From an uncultured Verrucomicrobiae bacterium (GTDB taxonomy: Bacteria > Verrucomicrobiota > Verrucomicrobiia > Chthoniobacterales > JAFAMB01), in the NCBI GenBank assembly GCA_963782115.1, contig CAWAIK010000003.1:448001-512000 (forward strand): 64,000 nucleotides of DNA, given 5' to 3'. The translations under genes were made by a program, and so were the position numbers. Below, in pieces: positions 18,979 through 29,833 of the stretch (position 1 is its first letter; every line of letters starts with the position of its first letter). Below the pieces are notes generated by a model. It had not been told where the DNA came from, made no database searches, and saw nothing but the letters and a program-made list of their open reading frames with translations.

Positions 18979-20784
18979 CTAGAGTATTAGCTGGCGGCTG
19001 ATGGCGCCTCTGTTGCCCAACGGCAAGGTTTGATTCGGTAGAGGCACGTGACTTACTACTCCCTGCTTGACCCCTTCAGTCGAGCGTCGACCTTTTTGTT
19101 TCGCGTTCTGATGCGAAGCACCGGCGGCTGGCAAATGCAGGCGTAAGATTCGTTTTAACTCGCTGATGGTTTGAGGAAGAGCAAAAGAACCATGCGGGCC
19201 GGGCACGATCAATTCCGACTGGGCGCCCGCAAGGTGTGAACTCCAATAAGCGACTACGCCGTCAGAACTGTTGGGCGTATCGCCCCTACCGCGGTCGCCG
19301 ATAATCGAGTGATAGGGTGCACGGATGGCGAGCGTGTCCAGGCCGCGAAGAACAGGATTCTGCGGCGAAAGGCCGTTAATGCCTGTTGGTATCCGCTTAA
19401 GGCCAAGATTTTTTTGGAGTGGTGCGGTGATCACGTTGCTGACCCCGCTCAGCATCTGGCCCGGAAGACGAATGAGCGTAATGCCGATTGAACCGATCCA
19501 GTTGGTCGCCAGATTACTCCCGCGATGCGGGACGCAAATAAACACGATCCTGGCCACCCGGGGATTCGCATCGAAGATCAGTGCCCTCTTGACGACATTA
19601 TCAGGCGGCAGCCTGGCATAGAGGCGATCTGCGTCACCCTTGAACAGGCGATCCCAAAGTGCGCGTCCGGTCGTCACCGCCTGCATCTGGGAAAGCAATC
19701 CGCCCAAGCTGTGGCTAATCAAAACCATGTTCTCTGTTTTGGGATAACGTCGGTACACCTGTGTCAAGCTCTCCCGGAACCTGAGCGCCGACAGCACGAT
19801 AGGGTCGCCGGTCGGGTAGGCGAAAACCCAAAACTGATAGCGGCCGCGTAACGCTGGATCGGACTCGACGGCGGTAACTGTGGGTACCCACATCTGAGGT
19901 ATCGACAATAATCCGTGAACAAAAATCACTGGAATCCGCTCGGGATCATAAGGCTCGAGCATGTATAGCCCAGTCCGTTGCTCGTAGTTTTGCGGACGTA
20001 TCATCGCCATCAACCCGAGTAGCAACCCGGGTTGGGGATAATAGGCGAGCGTAGCGCCGAAATCAGCTGCTAGGGGACGCTGTGCACCTGCCAGCTGGAC
20101 CGCGCTTTTCCTCGTCGGATCATATAAGAAGAGAGTAACGTCACGCGTTCCCGCCATGGCTGTTCTCGATGGTCTGAAATCGAGGATGGCCGTAACAGGG
20201 CAAGCGACACCGACGCGGGGAAGAAAATATTGCCTGGGGTTCGAGGGCTTGTAAACTCCCACCAGCACGCCGCCCCAATCATTAATTCTCGCCTCCTGGT
20301 GAGCAATCTTTTCGTGGACTTGCTTCGGGGTACGGAAGAAATCGAAGTAGCTTGGATCCCAGGTTCCCTCCTGGCGCGAACCGGTCGCAAATTGCAGTCG
20401 ATAAGTGATGTTCCCGACAGGAATCGTCTGGGGCATATCCCAGCGCTCACCGGTGGAGCGTAGTAAAACTGTCACCTCCTGGCATGCGCTGTCATAAATT
20501 GACTGTGCTTCACTTCTATCGCTTGGAGACGAACTGTCCATTGGCTGGAGCGCCCAATCAGCCGCTTCGAGGTAGTAGCCGACGGCAGTCCTTGGGTCGT
20601 TTCGAGTCTTCTGCGCTTGAACCAGGTTCAGCCTGGCATAGTAGACGATCGCTTGGGCGCTTGCGCTTGGCATCCGATCAGTTCCTTGCGCGCCCAAGAC
20701 CGATGCGCCGCCAAAAAGGAAGAGCAATCCAATGATCTTGCCACGCAGGTCGACTGGAAGCGTACGTTTCATAAAAGTGTTCAT
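18979..20784 (-). CDS. Exported alpha/beta-hydrolase
   Basis: PVIFVHGL, SHSLGG nucleophile elbow, PHRGS and SDGVV..S motifs; true start probably 20784 or 20772, not 21087. Confidence 0.8.
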   Translation of the reverse strand: MNTFMKRTLPVDLRGKIIGLLFLFGGASVLGAQGTDRMPSASAQAIVYYARLNLVQAQKTRNDPRTAVGYYLEAADWALQPMDSSSPSDRSEAQSIYDSACQEVTVLLRSTGERWDMPQTIPVGNITYRLQFATGSRQEGTWDPSYFDFFRTPKQVHEKIAHQEARINDWGGVLVGVYKPSNPRQYFLPRVGVACPVTAILDFRPSRTAMAGTRDVTLFLYDPTRKSAVQLAGAQRPLAADFGATLAYYPQPGLLLGLMAMIRPQNYEQRTGLYMLEPYDPERIPVIFVHGLLSIPQMWVPTVTAVESDPALRGRYQFWVFAYPTGDPIVLSALRFRESLTQVYRRYPKTENMVLISHSLGGLLSQMQAVTTGRALWDRLFKGDADRLYARLPPDNVVKRALIFDANPRVARIVFICVPHRGSNLATNWIGSIGITLIRLPGQMLSGVSNVITAPLQKNLGLKRIPTGINGLSPQNPVLRGLDTLAIRAPYHSIIGDRGRGDTPNSSDGVVAYWSSHLAGAQSELIVPGPHGSFALPQTISELKRILRLHLPAAGASHQNAKQKGRRSTEGVKQGVVSHVPLPNQTLPLGNRGAISRQLIL

Positions 20785-20828
20785 TTTGGAAATTTGGGTT
20801 GTGAAAACCCCTTGAAGCATTTCGCCCG

Positions 20829-21593
20829 CTACTGGCCGAGATGCGCCAAGGCGTTGCGCAGCGGAGCGCTGGAGATCTGCATCAGTCCCTGGAAAGGCGT
20901 ATACATCGCCAGGATCAAGAAGATCGCACCTGAAACCGAGAGCGCGCACAGGAATAAGGTGGCGATAACGGTTACGTTGGGAGGAGCGAAGAGGCCAAAG
21001 CTGGTGAAAACAATGGCGAGCCAGAAAACCAGCACCGCCAGCAAGGGTAGGGAGACGGAGGTGTTTCCCTGTTCGAACATCAGCCACCGCAATTTTCCAA
21101 GATCAACAGCCATGTTGGACGCCTGGGCCTTGAGTGCGCGTTGAACATCGTTCTGCGAGGATAGCGCCTGAATTTTATCATAGATAATTTCGCCGCCGGT
21201 CGCTGTGGGTTCCGTTTGGGAAGGTTGTTGAGAGTTTTGGTGCCAGATCAGATTGAGGGAGCGAGCCACGGCGCCGCGCAACAAATCTCGTGCTTCTTTT
21301 GTCTCTGGCCCGTAGTGCGCCAGGGCGCGGTCAAGCAAGATGACATTGGCAGACAACTGCGTCAGGTCGCTGCTCTGCCCGTCGTAGAAATTCTTGGCCG
21401 AAGCGACGAGCAGCCCGAGAACCAGAGCAGCCATGGTGGCGACCATTCCCATCCCCAGCCTTACAGTTTCCTTTGAGTCAGCACTCAAATGACGCTCGGG
21501 CAGAACCGCGCGAAGAAGCATACCGAGGAGCGCGCCTCCGAAAGTGCAAGCGAGCACGAACAATCGGATTACGATGGAATTCATGATCAACAC
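20829..21593 (-). CDS. DUF4239 / bestrophin-like membrane protein
   Basis: MAALVLGLLVASAK, LDRALAHYGPE and PFQGLMQISSAPL motifs. Confidence 0.75.
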   Translation of the reverse strand: MLIMNSIVIRLFVLACTFGGALLGMLLRAVLPERHLSADSKETVRLGMGMVATMAALVLGLLVASAKNFYDGQSSDLTQLSANVILLDRALAHYGPETKEARDLLRGAVARSLNLIWHQNSQQPSQTEPTATGGEIIYDKIQALSSQNDVQRALKAQASNMAVDLGKLRWLMFEQGNTSVSLPLLAVLVFWLAIVFTSFGLFAPPNVTVIATLFLCALSVSGAIFLILAMYTPFQGLMQISSAPLRNALAHLGQ

Positions 21594-21755
21594 TGGTTAA
21601 GACAACAAGCTTAATTGCATTTCGGCCAGCTGCGTTATTGATATCAAGCCACCACTGAAAGGCGAGCCGAAATATCGCCGGGCTGGTCTTCGTTGCTTTT
21701 TGGTTGGGGCGTTCGGCTTCGGCGGCCTTCTTAACCTGAACGCTCAGACCTCGGG

Positions 21756-22373
21756 TCATAACCGCCCAGAATGAACCGACCAGCCAAGGAGCAGCAGACC
21801 AGTTGCGGTGATCCAGCTGCCAACTACGCGGACCGCGACCCGCATCCACGGTCGCTTTAGCCAAATTACAAACGCGGCGACTATTGCCACCGTGACGAAG
21901 AGCGTAGCGACGGCGCCGACGAGATCCAGGGAGCTGGAATGCGTCGGTTGAATGGCCATGCCGTTGAGGCAGCTGTCACAGAACCCAAGAACGACGGCGA
22001 TTGCGGCGACCGTGCCGCGCTTCAGGCGCAAATCTGCCGCCACCAGCGCGCCGGGAATGAGAAACGAAATAGCAGAGATACTTGTAAACGGAGCAGTTTC
22101 GGTTCGGCAGCCGACAAGAGTTCCTATCAGCCAGGCGACACGCAATAAGAACAATGTCAAGCGACCGGCGGCGGCTCCTCGCAGGCCTGCGAAAAGGGCC
22201 AAGGCCAAGATTGGAACCCAGACCTCCGGGCTCAACGCGAGGTGGCTGATGCCGTCGTAAACGGGCCGCAAGCCGGTCGTGACCAGGTGAGCTTCCGATT
22301 TGCTTGGACATAGCACAATTGCTAGGCTCACCCAGAGAGGCCAGTACTGAGTGCCGTGACCGGATTTTCTCAT
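21756..22373 (-). CDS. HupE/UreJ-like membrane protein
   Basis: AHLVTTG..VYDGISHL and RVVGSWI motifs; the internal His motif is degenerate (FCDSCLNG). Confidence 0.7.
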   Translation of the reverse strand: MRKSGHGTQYWPLWVSLAIVLCPSKSEAHLVTTGLRPVYDGISHLALSPEVWVPILALALFAGLRGAAAGRLTLFLLRVAWLIGTLVGCRTETAPFTSISAISFLIPGALVAADLRLKRGTVAAIAVVLGFCDSCLNGMAIQPTHSSSLDLVGAVATLFVTVAIVAAFVIWLKRPWMRVAVRVVGSWITATGLLLLGWSVHSGRL

Positions 22374-22810
22374 GCGATTGCTCCCCAAACGAAATAAGCA
22401 CCCATCAACGCGATGAAGGCTCCGCCTGCACCCAAGGCGACCTTTCCGATCGGCCCTCGATTGACCAGGCCTAGTGCGATACCTATGGCATGTAGACAGC
22501 CCGTCGCGATTACAAATCCCATGCTGTAGAGCAATCCACTCTGCCCCGGGGGAAGTTCCGTGCCGTGAGCATGCCCGTGGAAAAGACCAAAGCAACCAAC
22601 CAAGGTTAATGCGAAGATCAGCTTCGGACGCGCTTCAGCACAAACTGCCGCTCCAAGGAGTAAGGCGGAAAGGGCAATGCCGAGTTCGACCCCAGGCAAG
22701 CGGATTCCAATCAGTCCGAGAAAGCCATCACCATCGGAAAGGTTACAGGTAAAAGCCAAATGGATGGCGTTCCCAGCTGTGCGCCCCAAATGCCCACGGC
22801 GATCATTGCT
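22370..22810 (-). pseudogene. HupE/UreJ nickel transporter, 5'-truncated
   Basis: LPGVELGIALS, FGLFHGHAHGTELP and ATGCLHAIG present; N-terminus broken. Confidence 0.75.
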
Positions 22811-23581
22811 AGTATATGATCGGCACCAGACCAGGGGTGTTGGAACCCGGTCACAAATCCAGCAGATGGGCCTTGCTGTGGATGGGCGTCGGCGCATTGC
22901 GCGTGCTGTCATGCTTGAAAGACAAAGCAGCTGGTCCTTGAAACTGTTCGTCAGCCTCCCGATGATGTCGATGACCTAACCCTCTGGCCTTGTCATTGGC
23001 GGCGTATTTGCCCGCGACGTCCTGAAGGACGCGTTGGCAATTGGCACACGACAGACTACGCCGGAGGACGAACCTCGACATAGCCTGTGACGAGGCATGG
23101 ACGAATTTGGCTCTACTCTCTCTTTTGTTGCTAGTGCAGACGGGGGGCTCGCAATCATCCTTTGGCAAGGCGCTCCCGTCTATCGTCGCATCCTTGGGGT
23201 TTCTGAAGGGCCAAACGCGGAACCCAGAGCGCTGATCCTGGCGACATTGACCGTCGGGTTGATGCCAAGGGGCCTATTGGCTACGCACGGCCATCATTCC
23301 GTCTTTGACGCTTTCGGCCAATGTATTTCTAAGCCACATCGTGCTGTTTGTCGGTCGTCTCAGCTTTCTTTTTGAGACAGCACTCTTTACGGCGGTTATG
23401 TATATTCGGCTTCCCGAATTAGAAAAATCGATTCCGCGGCTTCTCGATCTGGTTTGCTATCAGAATCCCGGTCTAAACGCGGGCGATCCATTTCCCCTCT
23501 GGACTTCTCCACTGAAGGGACGAATGCGCGGCAAGAGCGCCGTCGCCGCGTGCGGTTTTGCTCGGCGCATTTAGTGAACGG

Positions 23582-24038
23582 ACCAAGCCGAGCTCTCGGC
23601 TTGGCTCTACGTCTTAGGACAGTTTGTCGACCACGACCTTGACCTTGAGGAAACACCACTGACCACCGCCGATTTCAGCATCGTCGTGCCGACAGATCCC
23701 GTTTTCCCGCCGAACACCGTCATCCAAATGACGCGAGACGTCACAAATCCGACAACCAACACGATCGTCAATACGACAGCTGGCTACCTCGACTTGTCCC
23801 GGCTTTACGGATCAGATATCGCCACGGCAGCTTCCTTGCGGAACAGCTGATGGAACGTTGAGGACTTCCGATGGCGGTCAAGCGTTGCCCGTCGTCAACG
23901 ATCAGTTCGTCACCGGCGACCCTCGAGTCATGGAGAACCCAGAGTTAAGCGCCATAACCATCCTGTTTACGCGCGAGCATAACTTCTGGATTTCTCAGCT
24001 CAAAGCGCAGAACCCGACCTGGACTGGGGACCAACTGG
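23582..24038 (+). pseudogene. Animal-type heme peroxidase fragment
   Basis: LGQFVDHDLDL and YLDLSRLYGS, a frameshift, then GDPRVMENPEL..LFTREHN. Confidence 0.8.
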
Positions 24039-24366
24039 GCGCGCCACTTTTTCGGGCCAGCTTCCAAGGTAAACTACTCGACCTCTCCTACCATCCGGTC
24101 AGGATGCCCCGCTATGACTGCACGCACCCGCTGTGGCTCGCTGTCCTCTTCCAGCCTCCGATCACCTGACGGGTCATCGTGGGCCCAAGACTGAGACGGC
24201 TTGGGAGTCGGGGCTCCAGCAGTCCTCTTGAAATACTACTCGTCTACACGTAAAAAAGCGCCTCACGGAACTTTGTCTAATCGGCGTTCCTTAAAATAGA
24301 TTTCCTACACGGGGGCACCAGCGGGATCCTCATCTGGCGCGTCATCTTTAACGCGCCGCCCCTTCC

Positions 24367-24876
24367 TCACGGCGCCTTGGCGACGACCGTCAATGCCGGC
24401 AAGGTCGGCTCGTGTTCGAGCTCAGACTCAACTTCCACGATGGCGCGCAGCGTCGCGAACGCTGCCTTCAGCTCGCGCATGTCATTAAAACAAAGCTTGG
24501 CGGTGGTGCGGTGATTATACTGCAAGTGACGCTCCATCCCGTTGAGTTCGGTGACTGAGGGTGAGGTTGCCACGATGGTTGCTGGAGTGACGCCATTGGA
24601 TCGGTGCCACTTGAAGTTCGCTTCAAACAGCTCGTGAGCGCGCTTGGTACGATTCTGGAGCAAGGCTTAACGGATAGGATCCGCTGCGCTCTGCGCTGCC
24701 CTGCCAGTGAACAGCATAACCTGCTTCTGCGTAGCGATCTTGGCATCCATCGACTGCAAACGCACCTGGAGCACGTCGAGCGTGGCCCTTGCGGCGATAA
24801 CCATTGGGGTCGCGTCGTCGTGCGACAATGCCTCATCGTTGAGGACGTCGTCCGCGTGCTTAGAACGATTCCTCAA
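24367..24876 (-). pseudogene. Hypothetical protein with one in-frame stop
   Basis: ORFs 24667-24876 and 24367-24663 share a frame, separated by a single TAA; start overlaps the DUF502 stop. Confidence 0.55.
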
Positions 24877-25556
24877 TTTTTGGGATGGGATTTATCGTTA
24901 GAAGTCTGTTTGACCGACCCCGAAAAGTATTGAGGAGCCGAGATACCCATGGAGACATAAATACTGGTCAATCCTTCGACTCCGAACGGTGCAGGTTTAA
25001 CCCAGTCGACAGGCACGAAAAATAATGCACCTCCGAATGGCACAGGTGCCGTGGGCACCATGACTACGTGACAACGATGGCTACCGACCAAAAACGTTTC
25101 CGGCGTGGGCAGCAGGGCGAGCACCGCCGTTCTCCCCTCCCCGCCAAAAAAGCAACAGACCGGGCTCATGGTCTTTAAGTCAGTCTGCTCCTTGCGATCG
25201 AGCATCCCAACGAACCGATGCGCTAAATCATAAACGCTTCCGACAAGCGGAATGCGAGTCAGACTTTTATCGACAAAAGCCCGCAGTTGCCTCTCTAAGC
25301 CCGTCTCCACGAACACCCCGAGGCTGTAAACAGCCACAAGCACGACGACAATACCGATCAAGTACGCAGCGATTCGGGTTTCGACAACCTTAAGACCGAT
25401 CGAGGTCAGGACCGTGCCAATAACGCTGTGCGGGCCAACAAATTGATCGACCAGACTTGCGACCCAGATGAATACCGCGACTGTCAATAGGACCGGCAGC
25501 ACCGCAAACAACCCGGCCACGAACGTACGGATCGGGGCGCGAAAAAGTTTATTCAT
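24873..25556 (-). CDS. DUF502 membrane protein
   Basis: TFVAGLFAVLP, RIPLVGSVY, VMVPTAPVPFGG and YVSMG motifs. Confidence 0.85.
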   Translation of the reverse strand: MNKLFRAPIRTFVAGLFAVLPVLLTVAVFIWVASLVDQFVGPHSVIGTVLTSIGLKVVETRIAAYLIGIVVVLVAVYSLGVFVETGLERQLRAFVDKSLTRIPLVGSVYDLAHRFVGMLDRKEQTDLKTMSPVCCFFGGEGRTAVLALLPTPETFLVGSHRCHVVMVPTAPVPFGGALFFVPVDWVKPAPFGVEGLTSIYVSMGISAPQYFSGSVKQTSNDKSHPKN

Positions 25557-26443
25557 GAGCACAAAATAGGCACATCAGGGTCGCGGCGAAAAATACTTAG
25601 GTCGTATCCAATATTCAAGATTCGCTGCAGCGAACCCAATGCGCCCCGTCGATACTCTTTTCTACCAGATGTTTACTACTGGCGATGCGCGCACCCAAGC
25701 ACCAGTCTGCGGCGCGTCCCGAAGGGTGACGAAAATGGGTAGGGGCGCGGTCCAGCGCCTCCGGGTTGGAGGGTTCCTTAACGATTTGGATTCTGATGAA
25801 AAAGCGCAAATTTGCGACGGCACATCAGAGAGAGGGATCACAAAAATGGCACGGTGGTCAGAGAAGGTCACGAAGGTTTTAGATGAGTAAGCAAAAGCTC
25901 CGGCTTTTGCCCCGACCGATTTATTACTGTTGGACATCAAGGCGGCAAACACGGTCACTGCCCTAAACAAACTCTTCAACTTGTGTCAAGGCAATGTCAC
26001 TCCCCGCGCTGCTCGGCACCCGCGCTGTTCTATAGCAAGCGTTTTGCAATGATCGCGTAGTGTTTCTCGTGGCGCTCTGATGCCAGCGCTTCTCATGTTT
26101 GGCGAAGACTCTCTCAGCTCACGCTTGACGGTGGAGTCGCTTCCAACGCAGAATGCCTCTGCGAATGAATTCCAGAAGCCCCTTCCCAGACGATAAACGT
26201 TCGGATAACTCCGCTTTGGGCATGATATCCGAAAATCATAGAAAGACTTTGGCCGGCGGTGGACTTCGACCCCGCCGGCGAATGCCTGCTGGTTATCGCT
26301 CCGTGGAAGGAGCGCTCCTAGTGCCAGTCGCCTCTTGGGTTGAAACGACCGCGTCGCTTGGTTGGTGTCGTTGACGATTAGCAACCTTGCCAAAACAAAA
26401 CGGAAAAAGGACACGGGGAACGAAAGTGCAGGCCAGTCGAAGT

Positions 26444-26929
26444 ATGACGATCACCGAGGCTGATGTGAACGCCGCCCAGAAGGCGTGGTGCGATGCCCTG
26501 ATAACGATCGGTCAGGTCTATAGCGAGGGCGGGGACTACAAGGCGGTTGCCGACCGGCTCATCGATGACCTTTACAACTACAAGGATGGCACGGTGTTCT
26601 TCAAGCCCACGCTTGCATTTGGCGCGAACGCCTTCCGGAGCACGAAGGAAGGCGCACTCTCCTATTTCATCGCCGATAACCCGAACTTTCCGGAGGATAC
26701 GGGCTTCGCGCTGAAGCGCTGGGTGAAGGTGCGCTATGACAACAACGCGGCGGAGAACGGCATCCAGATCCATGGCGACATCGCCATCACGATGGGTAAC
26801 TTCTATCTGACTAACAGTGAGGGCAAGGAGATCATGGTCGAGAAGACGTTGGTGTTCCGGCGGTGCAGCGACGGCAAGTTGCGGCTCTGCGCGCACAAAT
26901 CCGCACTGCCATACGACCCCGCGAAGTGA
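26444..26929 (+). CDS. COG4337-like (SnoaL/NTF2 fold) putative iota-class carbonic anhydrase
   Basis: AQKAW, FKPTLA, FR.TKEGALSYF, FPEDTGFAL, MGNF and C-terminal HKSALPY. Confidence 0.75.
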   Translation: MTITEADVNAAQKAWCDALITIGQVYSEGGDYKAVADRLIDDLYNYKDGTVFFKPTLAFGANAFRSTKEGALSYFIADNPNFPEDTGFALKRWVKVRYDNNAAENGIQIHGDIAITMGNFYLTNSEGKEIMVEKTLVFRRCSDGKLRLCAHKSALPYDPAK

Positions 26930-26975
26930 CGTCCGCAACGCCGACGGGCAAGAGATCACGTGATTACGCAAAACC

Positions 26976-28631
26976 ATGAGCGTGAGCGATGATCCTCGGG
27001 TCCCAGCGGCGTCCTGGAACGTACGCGGCGATTTCTTCGGCGGCGTGGCGGCTGGCGTCGTAGCGCTGCCGCTGGCGCTCGCCTTCGGCGTCGCTTCGGG
27101 ATTGGGGCCAGTGGCGGGCCTTTACGGCGCCATCGCAACCGGCATCGTCGCGGCGGCGTTTGGGGGCACGCCTGTGCAGATCAGCGGCCCAACGGGGCCG
27201 ATGACGCTGGTCGTGGCCGGCATCGTGGCGACGAACACTCTTCCTTCCGGCGCGGTGAACCTTCCTGGCGTTGTGGCGATTATTGTTCTCGCCGGTCTGT
27301 TGCAGATCGCTCTCGGGCTGTTCCGGATCGGCGCCTACATCCGCTACGTTCCCTACCCCGTCATCTCCGGGTTCATGAGCGGCATCGGGGTAATCATCAT
27401 CCTTCAACAGCTGTTCCCGATGCTGGGCGCGGAGCCGCCGTCTTCGGAGCCGTTGTCGATCCTCCGCCAGTTGCATCTGCTGGGCGGCAACATGAAATGG
27501 GCCGCCGTAGCCTTATCCGCCTTGACCATCGCGACGGCTTTCATACTTCCGCGATTCACGAAAGCGGTTCCAGCCTCGCTCGTTGCCCTGGTGGCGCTGA
27601 CGACACTGGCGGTGTTGCTGGGGCTTGAAGTTTCGGTGATCGGCAAGATACCGTCAGGGCTGCCGAGCCTGGTGATGCCATCGCTCGACTTTCAGCGACT
27701 GCCGTTGCTGATGGCAGCCGCGGTACAGCTCGCGTTCCTTGGGGCAATCGACTCGCTTCTGACGTCTCTCGTCTCCGACAACCTAACGCGCACGCAGCAC
27801 GACAGCAATCGCGAGCTCGTCGGACAGGGTTTGGGAAACATCGCCGCCGGTCTGATCGGCGGCATTCCCGGCGCCGGTGCCACCATGCGCACCGTCCTCA
27901 ACGTCGAGGCCGGTGGGCGAAGCCGCTTGTCGGGTGTGATCCATGGCCTCTTTCTCGCCGCCGTGCTGCTCGGCCTGTCGGACCTCGTCCAGCATGTTCC
28001 CCACGCGGTCCTTGCAGGTCTGCTCGTTGCCGTCGGGATTGGCATCATTGACTATCGTGGCATTAGGCATCTCCTTAAGGTGCCTCGGTCGGATGCGTTC
28101 CTGATGCTCTTTGTGCTCGTGCTAACCGTATTCACCAATCTGATCATCGCGGTGGCTGCCGGCCTCATCGTGGCGTCGTTCGTCTTCATGAAGAAGGTGA
28201 GCGACATCACGGAACGGCAGACGACGCTCACGCCGGTCGCCGATGAACCTTGGGCGGATGAACTGACCATCCCGGGCACGATCCGCAACAAGCTCTTAAT
28301 CAAGCACGTCGATGGGCCGCTCTTCTTCGGTTTTGCAGGCCAGTTTCTCGACCTCGCCCGTCAGGCGGCAGCCCAAAGCAGACTCCTGGTTCTCCGGATG
28401 GACCGCATCTCCTACATGGATCAGACAGGCGTCTATGCACTGAAAGATGCGCTGACGAGACTGCACGCGGCCGGGGTGCGCGTGCTGGTGGTGGGCCTTT
28501 CCGTGGCCCACCTCGATCTTCTCGAGAAGCTGGAGGTGATCCCATCGGTCGTTCCCGAATCCGACGTCTTCAGCGACTTCGACGCATTGAAGAAGGCGCT
28601 GCATCGGGGAGATGGAGGCGAAATCGGATGA
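26976..28631 (+). CDS. SulP/SLC26 anion (probably bicarbonate) transporter with STAS domain
   Basis: RGDFFGG..VALPLALAFGVASG, GGTPVQISGPTGPM, LGAIDSLLT, GAGATMRT and STAS GPLFFG...MDQTG. Confidence 0.93.
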   Translation: MSVSDDPRVPAASWNVRGDFFGGVAAGVVALPLALAFGVASGLGPVAGLYGAIATGIVAAAFGGTPVQISGPTGPMTLVVAGIVATNTLPSGAVNLPGVVAIIVLAGLLQIALGLFRIGAYIRYVPYPVISGFMSGIGVIIILQQLFPMLGAEPPSSEPLSILRQLHLLGGNMKWAAVALSALTIATAFILPRFTKAVPASLVALVALTTLAVLLGLEVSVIGKIPSGLPSLVMPSLDFQRLPLLMAAAVQLAFLGAIDSLLTSLVSDNLTRTQHDSNRELVGQGLGNIAAGLIGGIPGAGATMRTVLNVEAGGRSRLSGVIHGLFLAAVLLGLSDLVQHVPHAVLAGLLVAVGIGIIDYRGIRHLLKVPRSDAFLMLFVLVLTVFTNLIIAVAAGLIVASFVFMKKVSDITERQTTLTPVADEPWADELTIPGTIRNKLLIKHVDGPLFFGFAGQFLDLARQAAAQSRLLVLRMDRISYMDQTGVYALKDALTRLHAAGVRVLVVGLSVAHLDLLEKLEVIPSVVPESDVFSDFDALKKALHRGDGGEIG

Positions 28632-29833
28632 GGGCTAGTTGTCGTGTAGTTGATCGCCCTAAAGCAATGACGGAGCGAGGCGATGACATTAACATCTCTC
28701 GGTTTGCGTCTCCGAACGCGAGGAAGCGTGTCTCTACCCATTTTAGTCGCGCAACCCATCGGACTGCGGCCAGATGGCTGGTTTTGTCGGCATTAGTTAC
28801 GCTGTCGGCCTGCCATAAGAAGGCAGAGGCCACTGCCACTGAGGTGCGTCCGGTCCGAACAATTACCGTTGCCGTACAGCCCGCAGAGGAGACAGTTGTG
28901 CTAACGGGCCATATCGAAGCTGAAAACGAGGCCGCGTTAGGTTTTCGAATTTCGGGGCGGATGATTGAAAGGCTGGTCAACATGGGTGATCGGGTTAAGG
29001 CTGGGCAATCGTTGGCCAAACTGGACTCCCAGGACGAGCAGAACGGTCTTCGTTCCGCTCAGGCCAATCTTGCAGCTGCGCAGGGACAATTGACCCAGGC
29101 ACGCAATAATTTCGAACGGCAGAGACGCCTTTTGGAGAGGGGGGTTTCGAGCCGAGCCGAGTTCGATCATGCGCAGGAAGGGTTGCAGACCGCACAAGCG
29201 CGTGTCGATGATGCCGAAGCCCAGCTAAAGCTTGCGCGCGACCGGTTGAGCTTCACTGAACTCAAGGCCGACGCTGCCGGAACGGTCACGGCACGAGGCG
29301 CTGAAGCCGGAGAAGTCGTACAGGCGGGCCAAATGATCGTTCGCATCGCCCGGCAGGACGGACGGGACGCGGTGTTTGATGTACCGGGCCAACTGTTGCG
29401 CTCGGCGCCGACTAGCGTAGAGATCACTGTGCACCTGGCGGAAGATCCCAGCGTGACAGCAGTTGGACGGGTGCGGGAGGTGGGCGAGCAAGCTGACCCG
29501 GTGACAAGAACCTTTCAGGTCAAGGTCGGTTTGACTGACCCGCCGCCGGCAATGCGGCTAGGTTCGACTGTCAACGGAAGTGTCCAACTGAATTCGGCCC
29601 CGGTCATAACGATACCCGCTTCCGCGCTGACCAGAAGCAATCAACAGCCTGCGGTTTGGGTTGTCGACCCATTGAAGCTAACCGTGTCGTTGCGAAACAT
29701 CGAGGTTTCCCGATACGACCCGGGGACGGTGGTAGTTGGCCAGGGTCTGGATACCGGAGAAATCGTGGTAACCGCGGGCGTCCAAGCTTTGCATCCCGAT
29801 CAGAAAGTCCGCCTGCTGGCACCGAAACTATGA
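28628..29833 (+). CDS. RND efflux membrane fusion protein
   Basis: LSAC lipobox, GFRISGRMIERLV, GEVVQAGQ and ADPVTRTF; true start probably downstream of 28628. Confidence 0.88.
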   Translation: MRASCRVVDRPKAMTERGDDINISRFASPNARKRVSTHFSRATHRTAARWLVLSALVTLSACHKKAEATATEVRPVRTITVAVQPAEETVVLTGHIEAENEAALGFRISGRMIERLVNMGDRVKAGQSLAKLDSQDEQNGLRSAQANLAAAQGQLTQARNNFERQRRLLERGVSSRAEFDHAQEGLQTAQARVDDAEAQLKLARDRLSFTELKADAAGTVTARGAEAGEVVQAGQMIVRIARQDGRDAVFDVPGQLLRSAPTSVEITVHLAEDPSVTAVGRVREVGEQADPVTRTFQVKVGLTDPPPAMRLGSTVNGSVQLNSAPVITIPASALTRSNQQPAVWVVDPLKLTVSLRNIEVSRYDPGTVVVGQGLDTGEIVVTAGVQALHPDQKVRLLAPKL

